Shown one piece after another: positions 1-7,568 of a stretch of DNA of 64,000 nucleotides. A program made the position numbers and the translations under genes. Where the stretch lies: positions 28,713-92,712 of the forward strand of contig JAOZKN010000001.1 in NCBI GenBank assembly GCA_029935315.1, in the 5' to 3' direction. Below the pieces are notes generated by a model. It was not told the origin of the DNA and did not search any database. It saw nothing but the letters and a program-made list of their open reading frames with translations. The DNA is from Desulfocapsa sp. GTDB taxonomy: Bacteria; Desulfobacterota; Desulfobulbia; Desulfobulbales; Desulfocapsaceae. Each line of letters opens with the position of its first letter. Position 1 is the first letter of the stretch.

Positions 1-634
1 TAAGCTTGTCTGCACCATCTGCAATTTGATCCACCCGTGCATCAAGCATATAGCAGGGAGTGGTCACCAGTTTTTGTTCTTTGTCTATAACAATTTCAGC
101 CTGCATTGTAGATTCGTGTCGTGCATGCATGGCATGTATCTTTTCGATTACATCCGCATTTTGTCCTGTTGTCAGCAGTGGGTTGTTCAGAACCTTTGCC
201 AGGATGACCGGCGAGATGCAGAGTGCTCCAATTGCCTTGTTTGCCTCTGCCATTTTCAGGATTGCAGCTTCGACATCCTTATTCACACAGCACTCCGCTC
301 CATCAAAGGCAAAAGTAGAGAGGTTTTTTGCAGCTCCAAGCCCTCCAGGAATAACAAGTGCGTCATGATCTTGCGGATTAAATCGGGCAAGATCTATGAC
401 ATTCCCCCTTGCAATACGTGCGGATTCGATGAGTACGTTACGTTTCTCATCCATTGCTTTGCCGGTGAGATGGTTTATGACGTGATGCTGCAGAATATCC
501 GGTGCATAGCATTGGTAATCGGCGTTATTTTTGTGTATGGCCCACAGGGTGAGGGTCGCTTCATGAATTTCAGATCCATCCTGATTGCCGGATCCTGAGA
601 GAATAACTGCAATGGATTTTCTGTTCGTTGTCAT
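1..634 (-). CDS. elbB: ElbB-type DJ-1/PfpI-family protein (glyoxalase/isoprenoid biosynthesis protein ElbB); C-terminal end runs off the left edge
   Basis: Own translation of minus strand from ATG (634-632): MTTNRKSIAVILSGSGNQDGSEIHEATLTLWAI...LVIPGGLGAAKNLSTFAF...GALCISPV...VTTPCYML. This is collinear with E. coli ElbB as I remember it (GVILSGCGVYDGSEIHEAVLTL, IVPGGFGAAKNLS). It is absent from the ORF track because no stop lies in the window. The + ORFs 26-598 and 60-368 are antisense shadows. Confidence 0.85.
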   Translation of the reverse strand, partial: MTTNRKSIAVILSGSGNQDGSEIHEATLTLWAIHKNNADYQCYAPDILQHHVINHLTGKAMDEKRNVLIESARIARGNVIDLARFNPQDHDALVIPGGLGAAKNLSTFAFDGAECCVNKDVEAAILKMAEANKAIGALCISPVILAKVLNNPLLTTGQNADVIEKIHAMHARHESTMQAEIVIDKEQKLVTTPCYMLDARVDQIADGADKL

Positions 635-640
635 GACCAA

Positions 641-1168
641 TCAGCCCAGGTTGAGATGGTAAATTGCTGGCAGGTTACGGTATTTTTCGTCGTAATCCAG
701 GCCATATCCAATAAGAAATCCTTCAGAAATGGGAAAGCCGGGATAATCAATGGTGATGGAGTGTTCCCGACGCTCAGACTTATCGATAAGGGAGCATATG
801 CGGACGGACGCGGCGCCTTCCTTCTCAAAATGTTGTTTCAGCCAGCGCATGGTAAGGCCGGTATCTACAATATCTTCCACCAGCAATATGTGCTGTTCTT
901 TGATCGCTTGGGCGGGGCTGGTCACGAGGGTAATTTCGCCTGAAGAAGATGAACCACTTCCGTAGGAGGAAACCTGTATGAAATCGGTGGATAAAGGAAT
1001 GGAGATAGCCCTTACCAGGTCTGCCATAAAGACAAAAGCCCCTTTTAAAACACCAATGACCACCAGTTCTTTTCCCTGGTAATCGTCGGCTATTGCTTTA
1101 CCCAGTTCCTGGATGCGGTCGTGTATTTCTGTGCTGCTGAGCACTAACTCTTTGTCTGTGGAGTGCAT
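641..1168 (-). CDS. hpt: hypoxanthine phosphoribosyltransferase
   Basis: 175-aa ORF with PRPP loop ILLVEDIVDTGLT and the GYGLDYDEKYRNLP motif. The stop lies 7 nt upstream of the elbB ATG. Confidence 0.9.
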   Translation of the reverse strand: MHSTDKELVLSSTEIHDRIQELGKAIADDYQGKELVVIGVLKGAFVFMADLVRAISIPLSTDFIQVSSYGSGSSSSGEITLVTSPAQAIKEQHILLVEDIVDTGLTMRWLKQHFEKEGAASVRICSLIDKSERREHSITIDYPGFPISEGFLIGYGLDYDEKYRNLPAIYHLNLG

Positions 1169-1278
1169 AATTATAGTGGCTTGTAAAAAGAATAAAAAGC
1201 TGTCTTAAGCTATGTGTATCCATGGTTATTGTGTAACTGGGGGGCAAAGTCAAGAAAAAATGGGGGACTTTCCTTTTG

Positions 1279-1307
1279 TTGACAAGAAACTCCTTTTCCA
1301 GTAGATT
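1279..1307 (+). promoter_or_regulatory. sigma70-like promoter candidate for the HdrC-like/MvhD-like/MetV-like genes
   Basis: TTGACA (1279-1284), 17-nt spacer, TAGATT (1302-1307), about 85 nt upstream of ATG 1393. Sequence pattern only. Confidence 0.4.
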
Positions 1308-1392
1308 ATAAATTTCATTTATGGAAAGTATCAGTTAACGTGGTGAGTCAAATAGTCATCACTTGAACCTTTAAAGAATTAAGAGTTTATTC

Positions 1393-1953
1393 ATGGGAAA
1401 GTCAACAACTACACTTAATCCTGCATTCAATGGAGAAATCACTTCACTTCCGGGTGGAGAACATCTCAACAGCTGTTTTTCCTGCGGTGCATGCAGTGGA
1501 ATCTGCCCTGTCAGCCAGGCCATTCCGGAGTTTGATCCACGAAAAATTATTCACATGATCCGCATGGGAATGAAGGAGCGTCTCCTTACATCCGACATGA
1601 TGTGGTACTGTTCCGGATGCCGGTCTTGTGTGTTTGTTTGTCCTCAGGATGTCAGTTTCGCAGATATCATGGGCGCTACTGCCAAGCTTGCCCTCAAAGA
1701 AGGTTATGTTACAGAAGAAACCCTGATAGAGAAAGGGAAAGCCGCAAAAGTTGAGCGTGATCTGTGCGTGGCCTGTCTCACCTGTGTCCGTACCTGTCCG
1801 TGGGAAATCCCGCAGATTGACAAACTGGGTGTTGCCACCATTAATGTGGAAGAGTGTCGAGCCTGTGGTATCTGTGTGGAAGAGTGCCCGGCCAATGCAA
1901 TTATTTTAAATGAATCAGAAGATGAACGGCTCATAGCAGCCTGTGGTGTCTGA
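1393..1953 (+). CDS. HdrC-like iron-sulfur protein fused to a 2x[4Fe-4S] ferredoxin domain
   Basis: Four CxxCxxCxxxCP cluster motifs: CFSCGACSGICP, CSGCRSCVFVCP, CVACLTCVRTCP and CRACGICVEECP. The N-terminal half resembles heterodisulfide reductase subunit C. Confidence 0.7.
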   Translation: MGKSTTTLNPAFNGEITSLPGGEHLNSCFSCGACSGICPVSQAIPEFDPRKIIHMIRMGMKERLLTSDMMWYCSGCRSCVFVCPQDVSFADIMGATAKLALKEGYVTEETLIEKGKAAKVERDLCVACLTCVRTCPWEIPQIDKLGVATINVEECRACGICVEECPANAIILNESEDERLIAACGV

Positions 1954-1972
1954 GAAAGAGAAGAGGATAGAA

Positions 1973-2386
1973 ATGAGTTTTGATCCTGCAATAACACTGT
2001 TCAGCTGTCATTATACTTCTCAGCAGAGCTGTGCGGAAGAAGGAAAAGAGTTGGAGCGTCTGGGCTTTCCCGCTGGAATTAATCTGGTGCGGGTTGCCTG
2101 TACCGGTAAACTTCAGGTAACCACTTTACTGAAGGCTTTCGAAGATGGCGCCGATGGCGTCTATGTGGTTGGCTGTCCCGAAGATGGTTGTCATAATGTG
2201 AAGGGAAGTATCAGGGCGGCCAAACGGGTTGCTGCTGTACGTGAGGCCCTGGTAGAACTTGGTGTGGAAGGTGAACGTGTTGAAATGTATCATCTGCCAC
2301 GGGGCCTGCATCCTGAGTTTGTTGAAAAAGGCAAGGAAATGGATAGCAGAATTCGGGAGTTAGGGCCGAGCCCGTTCCAGGGCTAG
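1973..2386 (+). CDS. MvhD/FlpD-like (methyl-viologen-reducing hydrogenase delta subunit family) iron-sulfur protein
   Basis: The ORF track starts at 1943 (GTG). ATG 1973 has a GAGGA RBS and gives MSFDPAITLFSCHYTS...VACTGKL...GADGVYVVGCPEDGCHN, the MvhD family signature. Confidence 0.75.
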   Translation: MSFDPAITLFSCHYTSQQSCAEEGKELERLGFPAGINLVRVACTGKLQVTTLLKAFEDGADGVYVVGCPEDGCHNVKGSIRAAKRVAAVREALVELGVEGERVEMYHLPRGLHPEFVEKGKEMDSRIRELGPSPFQG

Positions 2387-2440
2387 GTAACCTGTTTGAG
2401 TTCAGGAACTGGCTTCAGGTCTTGAGCATATATTGATAAA

Positions 2441-2586
2441 TTCGTAAAAAGTATAAATTCGGATGGCTAAATAAAAAACTTCATATGCGAGGAACTCGAA
2501 TTTGTTGGAACGAAGCGTACTTAGGTACGCGGCAGTGACAACAAATTCGAAGTGACGAAGCAGATGAAGAGTTTTTATGACGCCAT
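2441..2586 (+). repeat. intergenic palindromic element, copy 1 (core 2461-2586 plus 5' extension 2441-2460)
   Basis: Termini GGATGGCTAAATAAAAAACTTCATATGCGAGG / GACGAAGCAGATGAAGAGTTTTTATGACGCCAT are mutually inverted. The apex is GCGTACTTAGGTACGC and the inner stem is GAATTTGTTG/CAACAAATTC. Related to 8988-9134, 22982-23107 and 59266-59450. The element ends immediately before the AGGAG RBS of the next gene. Confidence 0.85.
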
Positions 2587-2598
2587 AGGAGTAAAGTA

Positions 2599-3270
2599 AT
2601 GATAGTTGCAGAACGAAAGCCAATGGCAGAAATCATAGAGATGGTTCAGGACTGTAAGAAAGTCCTGGTACTGGCCTGTCGTGGATGTGTTACGGTTTGT
2701 TCAGCTGGTGGTGAGAGGGAAGCTGAGATTCTGTCCTCTCTTATTCGTCTGGGCATGAAAAAGGGTGGCAAGAGTATTGAGGTGGTAACCGCAAGTCTTG
2801 TCCGTCAGTGTGACCGTGAATATATTGACGAAATGGATCAGTTTGAAGACGACGGTTATGATGCCGTGGTTTCCACTGCCTGTGGTGTGGGGGTGAACTT
2901 TATCTCCAATCTTCGTAAAGACACCATGGTATATCCTGCCTTGAACACCAGTTTCATGGGTGGATCTGCCGAGCAGGGCGAGTGGACTGAACAGTGCGCC
3001 GGTTGCGGTGACTGTGTTCTCCATCTTACCGGTGGTCTTTGTCCCGTTGCCCGTTGTGCCAAGAGTCTGATGAATGGCCCATGCGGTGGTTCTGTTGATG
3101 GTACCTGCGAGATCCATAGCGATGTTGAGTGTGTATGGCAGTCCATTTACGATCGTCTTGGTTCCTTTGGTAAGTCTGCGCAGATGGAAGTTATTGCTCC
3201 TATCCGTGACTGGTCTGCTGCTGGACATGGTGGTCCACGCAAAGTTGTGCGTGATGATTTAACAGTGTAA
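2599..3270 (+). CDS. MetV-like protein (methylenetetrahydrofolate reductase C-terminal domain family)
   Basis: 223 aa with a Cys-rich C-terminus: CAGCGDCVLHLTGGLCPVARCAKSLMNGPCGGSVDGTCE. The CxxxMxNGPCGG motif belongs to the MTHFR_C/MetV family. Confidence 0.7.
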   Translation: MIVAERKPMAEIIEMVQDCKKVLVLACRGCVTVCSAGGEREAEILSSLIRLGMKKGGKSIEVVTASLVRQCDREYIDEMDQFEDDGYDAVVSTACGVGVNFISNLRKDTMVYPALNTSFMGGSAEQGEWTEQCAGCGDCVLHLTGGLCPVARCAKSLMNGPCGGSVDGTCEIHSDVECVWQSIYDRLGSFGKSAQMEVIAPIRDWSAAGHGGPRKVVRDDLTV

Positions 3271-3371
3271 TATCTGTTTTGTCAGAGAGTCCCTCGTCGT
3301 CAGGGAATTGAATAATAAATCGCTTTTTGTGCCTCTGGTACTGGGCGATTTTTTTTGTTTGTGAGAACCAC

Positions 3372-4592
3372 ATGCAGGCCAGTTTGAAAACTGAAAAGAG
3401 TATTGATTTAACAACAGCTCAGGATTTGATCCTTGAGACGTGTTCAGTTTTGTCTTCTGAAAAGCTAGGCCTTGCCAAAGCAGTTGGACGGGTTGCTGCA
3501 CAGTCGCATAAGGCTTTGGCGGCACTTCCCGGCTATGATGGATCCTTGCGTGATGGCTATGCGATTGCTCTGGCAGGGGAAAAAACTGATAATTCGGAGT
3601 GTAATGTATTTCGGGTTATTGACGAGGTGGCGGCAGGAGACACAAGAAAATTAGGGCTTAAGAAAGGTGAAGCGATACGAATCATGACCGGTGGTCTGAT
3701 TCCTGCCGGTTGCAGAGCAGTGGTTCCGCAGGAAAAGTGTGAGCGTGTGGGGAAGACAGTGCGGATTCCTGTTCATTCGTTAAACCTGGCCAACACGTTT
3801 ATACACAAAAAAGGCTGTGAGATTGAAAAAGATCAGGTAATCCTCCGGGAAGGTATTGCATTGAATGCAGACCAGCAGATTGCACTTGCCGGGGTGGGCT
3901 ATGAACGTGTCGATGTGGTCAGAAAACCGAAGATAAGTTTTTTTTGTACAGGAAGTGAGCTGGTTACAGAACCCGGTGCAGAAAAACAGGAAGGCCAGCG
4001 ATTCTCTGGGAATAATTACTTGTTGTCAGGCCTTATCCCCGGTTATGGTGCGGTAGTGCACGAGCAGGAAACCGTCGTGGATGAAGTAAAGCAGGTCGTG
4101 GCACTGATGGAGCGTATGGGAAACTCTGGCTGTGATGTCCTTTTATCCACTGGTGGTATGGGCGCAGGAAAATTTGATCTGATTGAAGAGGCTTTTGCAA
4201 GGTGTGGTGGGGAAACGATATATCGATCCTTAACTATGCGCCCGGGGAAATCCACCCTTTTCGGCAAGCTTGGTGACACCCTGTTTTTTGGCCTGCCAGG
4301 TCCTCCGCCGGCAGTACAGTTGCTCTTTCATGAATTGATTCGACCGGCAATTTGTCGTTTGCAGGGGGCTGAAGAGTGCAAGCCTCAGGAAATAACAGCC
4401 ATACTTTGTGAAGACCTTTCTTTTCCACAGCGTGGCTTACTGCGTTTGAAAAGCGGGCAGTTGACTTTAGAGGATGGTACCTGTCGGGTGCGACCTGTAA
4501 AGAAAGGTGAAGTCTCTAACTGTTATATCGTCTGTTCCCCGGAAAAACATTTTCTTGCCAGTGGTGAAAAAGTACTTATTCATCTGCTTTGA
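3372..4592 (+). CDS. moeA: molybdopterin molybdenumtransferase MoeA
   Basis: Shows the pattern LPGYDGSLRDGYA...IMTGGLIP...LLSTGGMGAGKFD...MRPGKSTLFG. The ORF track starts at 3327, but MQASLKTEK at 3372 removes an implausible hydrophobic leader. Confidence 0.85.
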   Translation: MQASLKTEKSIDLTTAQDLILETCSVLSSEKLGLAKAVGRVAAQSHKALAALPGYDGSLRDGYAIALAGEKTDNSECNVFRVIDEVAAGDTRKLGLKKGEAIRIMTGGLIPAGCRAVVPQEKCERVGKTVRIPVHSLNLANTFIHKKGCEIEKDQVILREGIALNADQQIALAGVGYERVDVVRKPKISFFCTGSELVTEPGAEKQEGQRFSGNNYLLSGLIPGYGAVVHEQETVVDEVKQVVALMERMGNSGCDVLLSTGGMGAGKFDLIEEAFARCGGETIYRSLTMRPGKSTLFGKLGDTLFFGLPGPPPAVQLLFHELIRPAICRLQGAEECKPQEITAILCEDLSFPQRGLLRLKSGQLTLEDGTCRVRPVKKGEVSNCYIVCSPEKHFLASGEKVLIHLL

Positions 4593-5425
4593 TCTTCTTG
4601 CTGACATGCGGGACAGAAAAAGCTGGCGCGACCGCCAATGGTCGTTTTCTGAATAATCTCCCGGCACTGGCTACACTGCTCGCCGGCCTTTCCGTAGATC
4701 TGGAAATTCATTTGAAAATAACCGCCTTTCCCCGAGGCGTCGACAAAGTCACTGATGGTCGATCCTCCACATTCTATGGCATGCCTCAAGGTTTTTCGTA
4801 TAATCGTGAGGAGCCGTTTCCATTCTTTTTCGCTGAGAGTGGATGCCGGACGTGTTGGGTGAATGCCAGAGCGAAAGAGCGATTCATTTGCGTATATATT
4901 GCCAATCCCGGCAATGACATGACTGTCCATGATAAAACATTTGACTGCCTGTTTGCGTCTTGCCGCACGTTCTTTCAGGTAGCTAGTGGAGCATGTACGT
5001 GAAAATGGTTCAGGTCCTGTGGCCGCAAACAATGCCTTTTTTTGAGCTTTGGCATCTTTAGCCGCAAGCAACTGCACTGCCCCAAATCTTCTGGTATCAT
5101 TGAATCGAAGCTCCGTCTTATTCTCAAGTGTCCAGCAGACATGATCATGTTTTTTCAGGACCGAACCGTTAGCGAAAATACCCATATTCCCGGTCATGCC
5201 CAGGTGAATGATTAGAAATGCACCATTCTCAAGCTCCATACATAAATATTTAGCACGGCGGCTGAGGTTGAGGATTCGTTGGCCGACAAGTTCCCGGTGC
5301 ATGCTTTCCCTTTCAAGGGGAAGACGTAATCTCTTCCCCGAAGAGTAAATGGCTGTGATCCGTTTGCCGACAATATGTTCCTGCAGACCACGGCATATCA
5401 CTTCTACTTCTGGAAGTTCCGGCAT
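4580..5425 (-). CDS. mutM: formamidopyrimidine-DNA glycosylase
   Basis: MPELPEVE N-terminus (catalytic Pro2) and a C-terminal zinc finger CSQCREIIQKTTIGGRASFFCPACQ. The start was moved from 5461 to 5425. It overlaps the upstream stop as TAATG. Confidence 0.9.
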   Translation of the reverse strand: MPELPEVEVICRGLQEHIVGKRITAIYSSGKRLRLPLERESMHRELVGQRILNLSRRAKYLCMELENGAFLIIHLGMTGNMGIFANGSVLKKHDHVCWTLENKTELRFNDTRRFGAVQLLAAKDAKAQKKALFAATGPEPFSRTCSTSYLKERAARRKQAVKCFIMDSHVIAGIGNIYANESLFRSGIHPTRPASTLSEKEWKRLLTIIRKTLRHAIECGGSTISDFVDASGKGGYFQMNFQIYGKAGEQCSQCREIIQKTTIGGRASFFCPACQQEDQSR

Positions 5426-6210
5426 TATGCAGCACCCGTTTCTGCTCTTGTGGCACAGCAAATAGCAACACCATAGTTATCCCTGGTTATTGTGGCACTC
5501 ACCGGTATGCTATGATCTGTTTTGGTTGAGAAAAAATCGAGGATAAAATCGTCGTTGTTTTCTGGCTCAAGCCTGCAGAGCTGAAGTTCCTGAAACCCGG
5601 GAATGCCACCTGGGCTGAGCATTTTTTTCACAGCCTCTTTGGCACTCCAGAGAAGAGTGAGATGTGATAATGGAGAAAGGTGAGGCAAGCCCTCTTTGAG
5701 AATCAGGGCTTCTTCGGCAGAGCAGAATTTATTCTGCACACGGATCAGATTTTGTGCTGCAAACTGGATGTCAATTCCACAGGCTGTTGAACTGCTGAGA
5801 GCTGCAGCGTATTCGTTTGAGTGGCTGATTGAGAGTTCCGGGAAATTGAAGTTGCTTCCATTGATTGCTGAGAAAAAGGGTTTACCACCTTCCTCAGATT
5901 CTGTGCAGCATTGGGTATGCTCAGGGATTGCGTCTGTGCCTTGCGTATTGTTACGGAGAAACAGTCGTAGGCTCTGTTTTGCACAAATCCGGCCACCAAG
6001 CCATTCGCAGTATCGTTTCTCAAAGCTGAATTTTTCAAGTTGGGTCTTTTCACGCTGATGGAGCCATTCCAGTATATTATCTGTGGCCGGCTGGCTGACA
6101 GTGCGTAGTGGCAGGATGGCCATGGCCGGTGTTGAAGTCTTGAAAAGTTGTTCGGTCAGGTTGATAAAACTGAGCGATAATGTGTTGAAAATCTGTTCTG
6201 TGGGGGGCAT
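5425..6210 (-). CDS. 4'-phosphopantetheinyl transferase superfamily protein (Sfp-type)
   Basis: Motifs ISISHSNEYAAA, GIDIQ and WSAKEAVKK are typical of PPTases. Confidence 0.7.
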   Translation of the reverse strand: MPPTEQIFNTLSLSFINLTEQLFKTSTPAMAILPLRTVSQPATDNILEWLHQREKTQLEKFSFEKRYCEWLGGRICAKQSLRLFLRNNTQGTDAIPEHTQCCTESEEGGKPFFSAINGSNFNFPELSISHSNEYAAALSSSTACGIDIQFAAQNLIRVQNKFCSAEEALILKEGLPHLSPLSHLTLLWSAKEAVKKMLSPGGIPGFQELQLCRLEPENNDDFILDFFSTKTDHSIPVSATITRDNYGVAICCATRAETGAA

Positions 6211-6302
6211 AAATTATATCCTTGCATTTTCAACTATTTCTGCTAACTAATTATAGGTAGAATAACGCAGGTTAAAGGGTTGTTGATACTTCAGGAGGAA
6301 TA

Positions 6303-6914
6303 ATGGGTAGTTCTTTTCAGTTAGCTGGTTTTGATTTTGTTATTATCGGAATCTTGCTTCTTCTTACCATTCGTGGATTTTGGGTTGGCTTTTTACGCCA
6401 GGTAACCACCCTTGTTGCGCTCCTGCTTGCCTACATCATTGCCGGACAGTATCATGACAAACTTTTTCCTTTTTTGCGAGAAGTAACCGAGAACCCCCAT
6501 GCGGTTTTCTGGACTTCCTATGCGATTTTATTTGCCATAACCTACGTGTTAATCATGCTCATGGGCAAGGTGCTGGCTAAGGTTGTGGAACTGACCATTG
6601 CCGGCTGGTTTGATAAACTCCTGGGCGGTGCGCTAGGGGTGGTAAAAGCCTTGCTCCTTATCGTTTTACTGCATATGGTTCTTTCCGGAGTCCTTGCTCC
6701 TGAAAACAAAATGCTTCGCAACTGTTATTTTAGTCCATACCTGCAACAGGCCACGGAAATTTTCCAGTCATTTATCAAAGACAAAAAGATGCGTGAGGCA
6801 TTTTCCCAGAAGATGCCGGCCATACCAGAAAAAGAGCCGGGGCGTTCAGCCGACGGTGTTCGTCCCTTTGTTCCCACCGAGTTTCCCCGGGATACGTCTG
6901 CTCCTGTAGAATGA
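6303..6914 (+). CDS. cvpA: CvpA family membrane protein
   Basis: The N-terminus FDFVIIGILLLLTIRGFWVGFLRQV and four predicted TM helices match the CvpA (colicin V production) pattern. Confidence 0.75.
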   Translation: MGSSFQLAGFDFVIIGILLLLTIRGFWVGFLRQVTTLVALLLAYIIAGQYHDKLFPFLREVTENPHAVFWTSYAILFAITYVLIMLMGKVLAKVVELTIAGWFDKLLGGALGVVKALLLIVLLHMVLSGVLAPENKMLRNCYFSPYLQQATEIFQSFIKDKKMREAFSQKMPAIPEKEPGRSADGVRPFVPTEFPRDTSAPVE

Positions 6915-7568
6915 AGCCAGCTTTTCAGGGGATACTCCCAGGCAGTATCCCAGAATCATCAGCTGATTGATAACTGTGGTGAGGATGGGGCCAAGTGCCT
7001 GCCAGCGTCTGGCGGATGTGGTGACTGTCTGAGGCAGTGTTCGAACCCTTCCCTGTTTTTTTGCCTGTTTTACAAAAACGTAATCTTCCATTATCGGTAT
7101 TTCAGGAAAGCCGCCCAGTGCATGGAAGTCATGCCTTCGTAAGAAAAAAGCCTGGTCACCATAGGGCAGTTGTAAATATCTGGAACGTAAATTGGCACCG
7201 GCACAAAGAGTGCGCAGCAGGAGGTTTTTTGTGTCAAGCTGCAGGGAAAATGATCCGAGGATGGTTGCTTGATCCGCCAGGCATTCCCAGGCCAGATCCG
7301 GGAAATCAGATGGCAGAAGAGTATCTGCATGGAGAAAGAGTAACAGAGCTGAAGAAGCTTTTTCTGCCCCAAGGTTGAGCTGCACGCCACGTCCCTTGTC
7401 CGATGTCAGCACAGTAAATCCAAGGTCTTTTGCTATCTGCACACTTGCATCGCTGCTGCCGCCGTCCACAACAATGATTTCCGCAACCAGATTTGTCAGT
7501 GCCTTGAGGGCAGGGAGGTTTTCTGCTTCATTCAGGGTGGGAATAATGATGGAAATGTTTGAGGTCAT
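6846..7568 (-). CDS. family 2 glycosyltransferase (TIGR04283-like, partner of DUF2064)
   Basis: MTSNISIIIPTLNEAENL...VVDGGSSD is a GT2 N-terminus. It is adjacent to and overlaps a DUF2064 gene. Confidence 0.7.
   Translation of the reverse strand: MTSNISIIIPTLNEAENLPALKALTNLVAEIIVVDGGSSDASVQIAKDLGFTVLTSDKGRGVQLNLGAEKASSALLLFLHADTLLPSDFPDLAWECLADQATILGSFSLQLDTKNLLLRTLCAGANLRSRYLQLPYGDQAFFLRRHDFHALGGFPEIPIMEDYVFVKQAKKQGRVRTLPQTVTTSARRWQALGPILTTVINQLMILGYCLGVSPEKLASFYRSRRIPGKLGGNKGTNTVG

Noticed and set aside
26-598. 190-aa + strand ORF (and the nested 60-368 ORF) at the left edge.
   Set aside because: It is Cys-rich with low-complexity composition and lies exactly antisense to a minus-strand reading frame that translates into a near full-length ElbB homolog. 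It is a shadow ORF.
3271-3371. Possible Moco riboswitch or terminator between the MetV-like gene and moeA.
   Set aside because: There are only short hairpins: TCCCT-cgtcgtc-AGGGA, and AATCGC...GCGATT followed by T8 with a 21-nt loop. I see no resemblance to the Moco motif architecture. At most it is a weak terminator, so it was not called.
3327-3371. 5' extensions in the ORF track for several genes: moeA 3327, mutM 5461, rfbA 11013, mtnA 15100, amt 15036, galU 24006, dsrC 34934, the ABC-F gene 38048, the surA-like gene 47905, the tlpA-like gene 48008, the methyltransferase 49974 and hemA 52259.
   Set aside because: In each case an internal ATG reproduces the canonical family N-terminus and/or has a good RBS, and the extension is hydrophobic or Cys-rich junk. 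The trimmed coordinates were reported instead.
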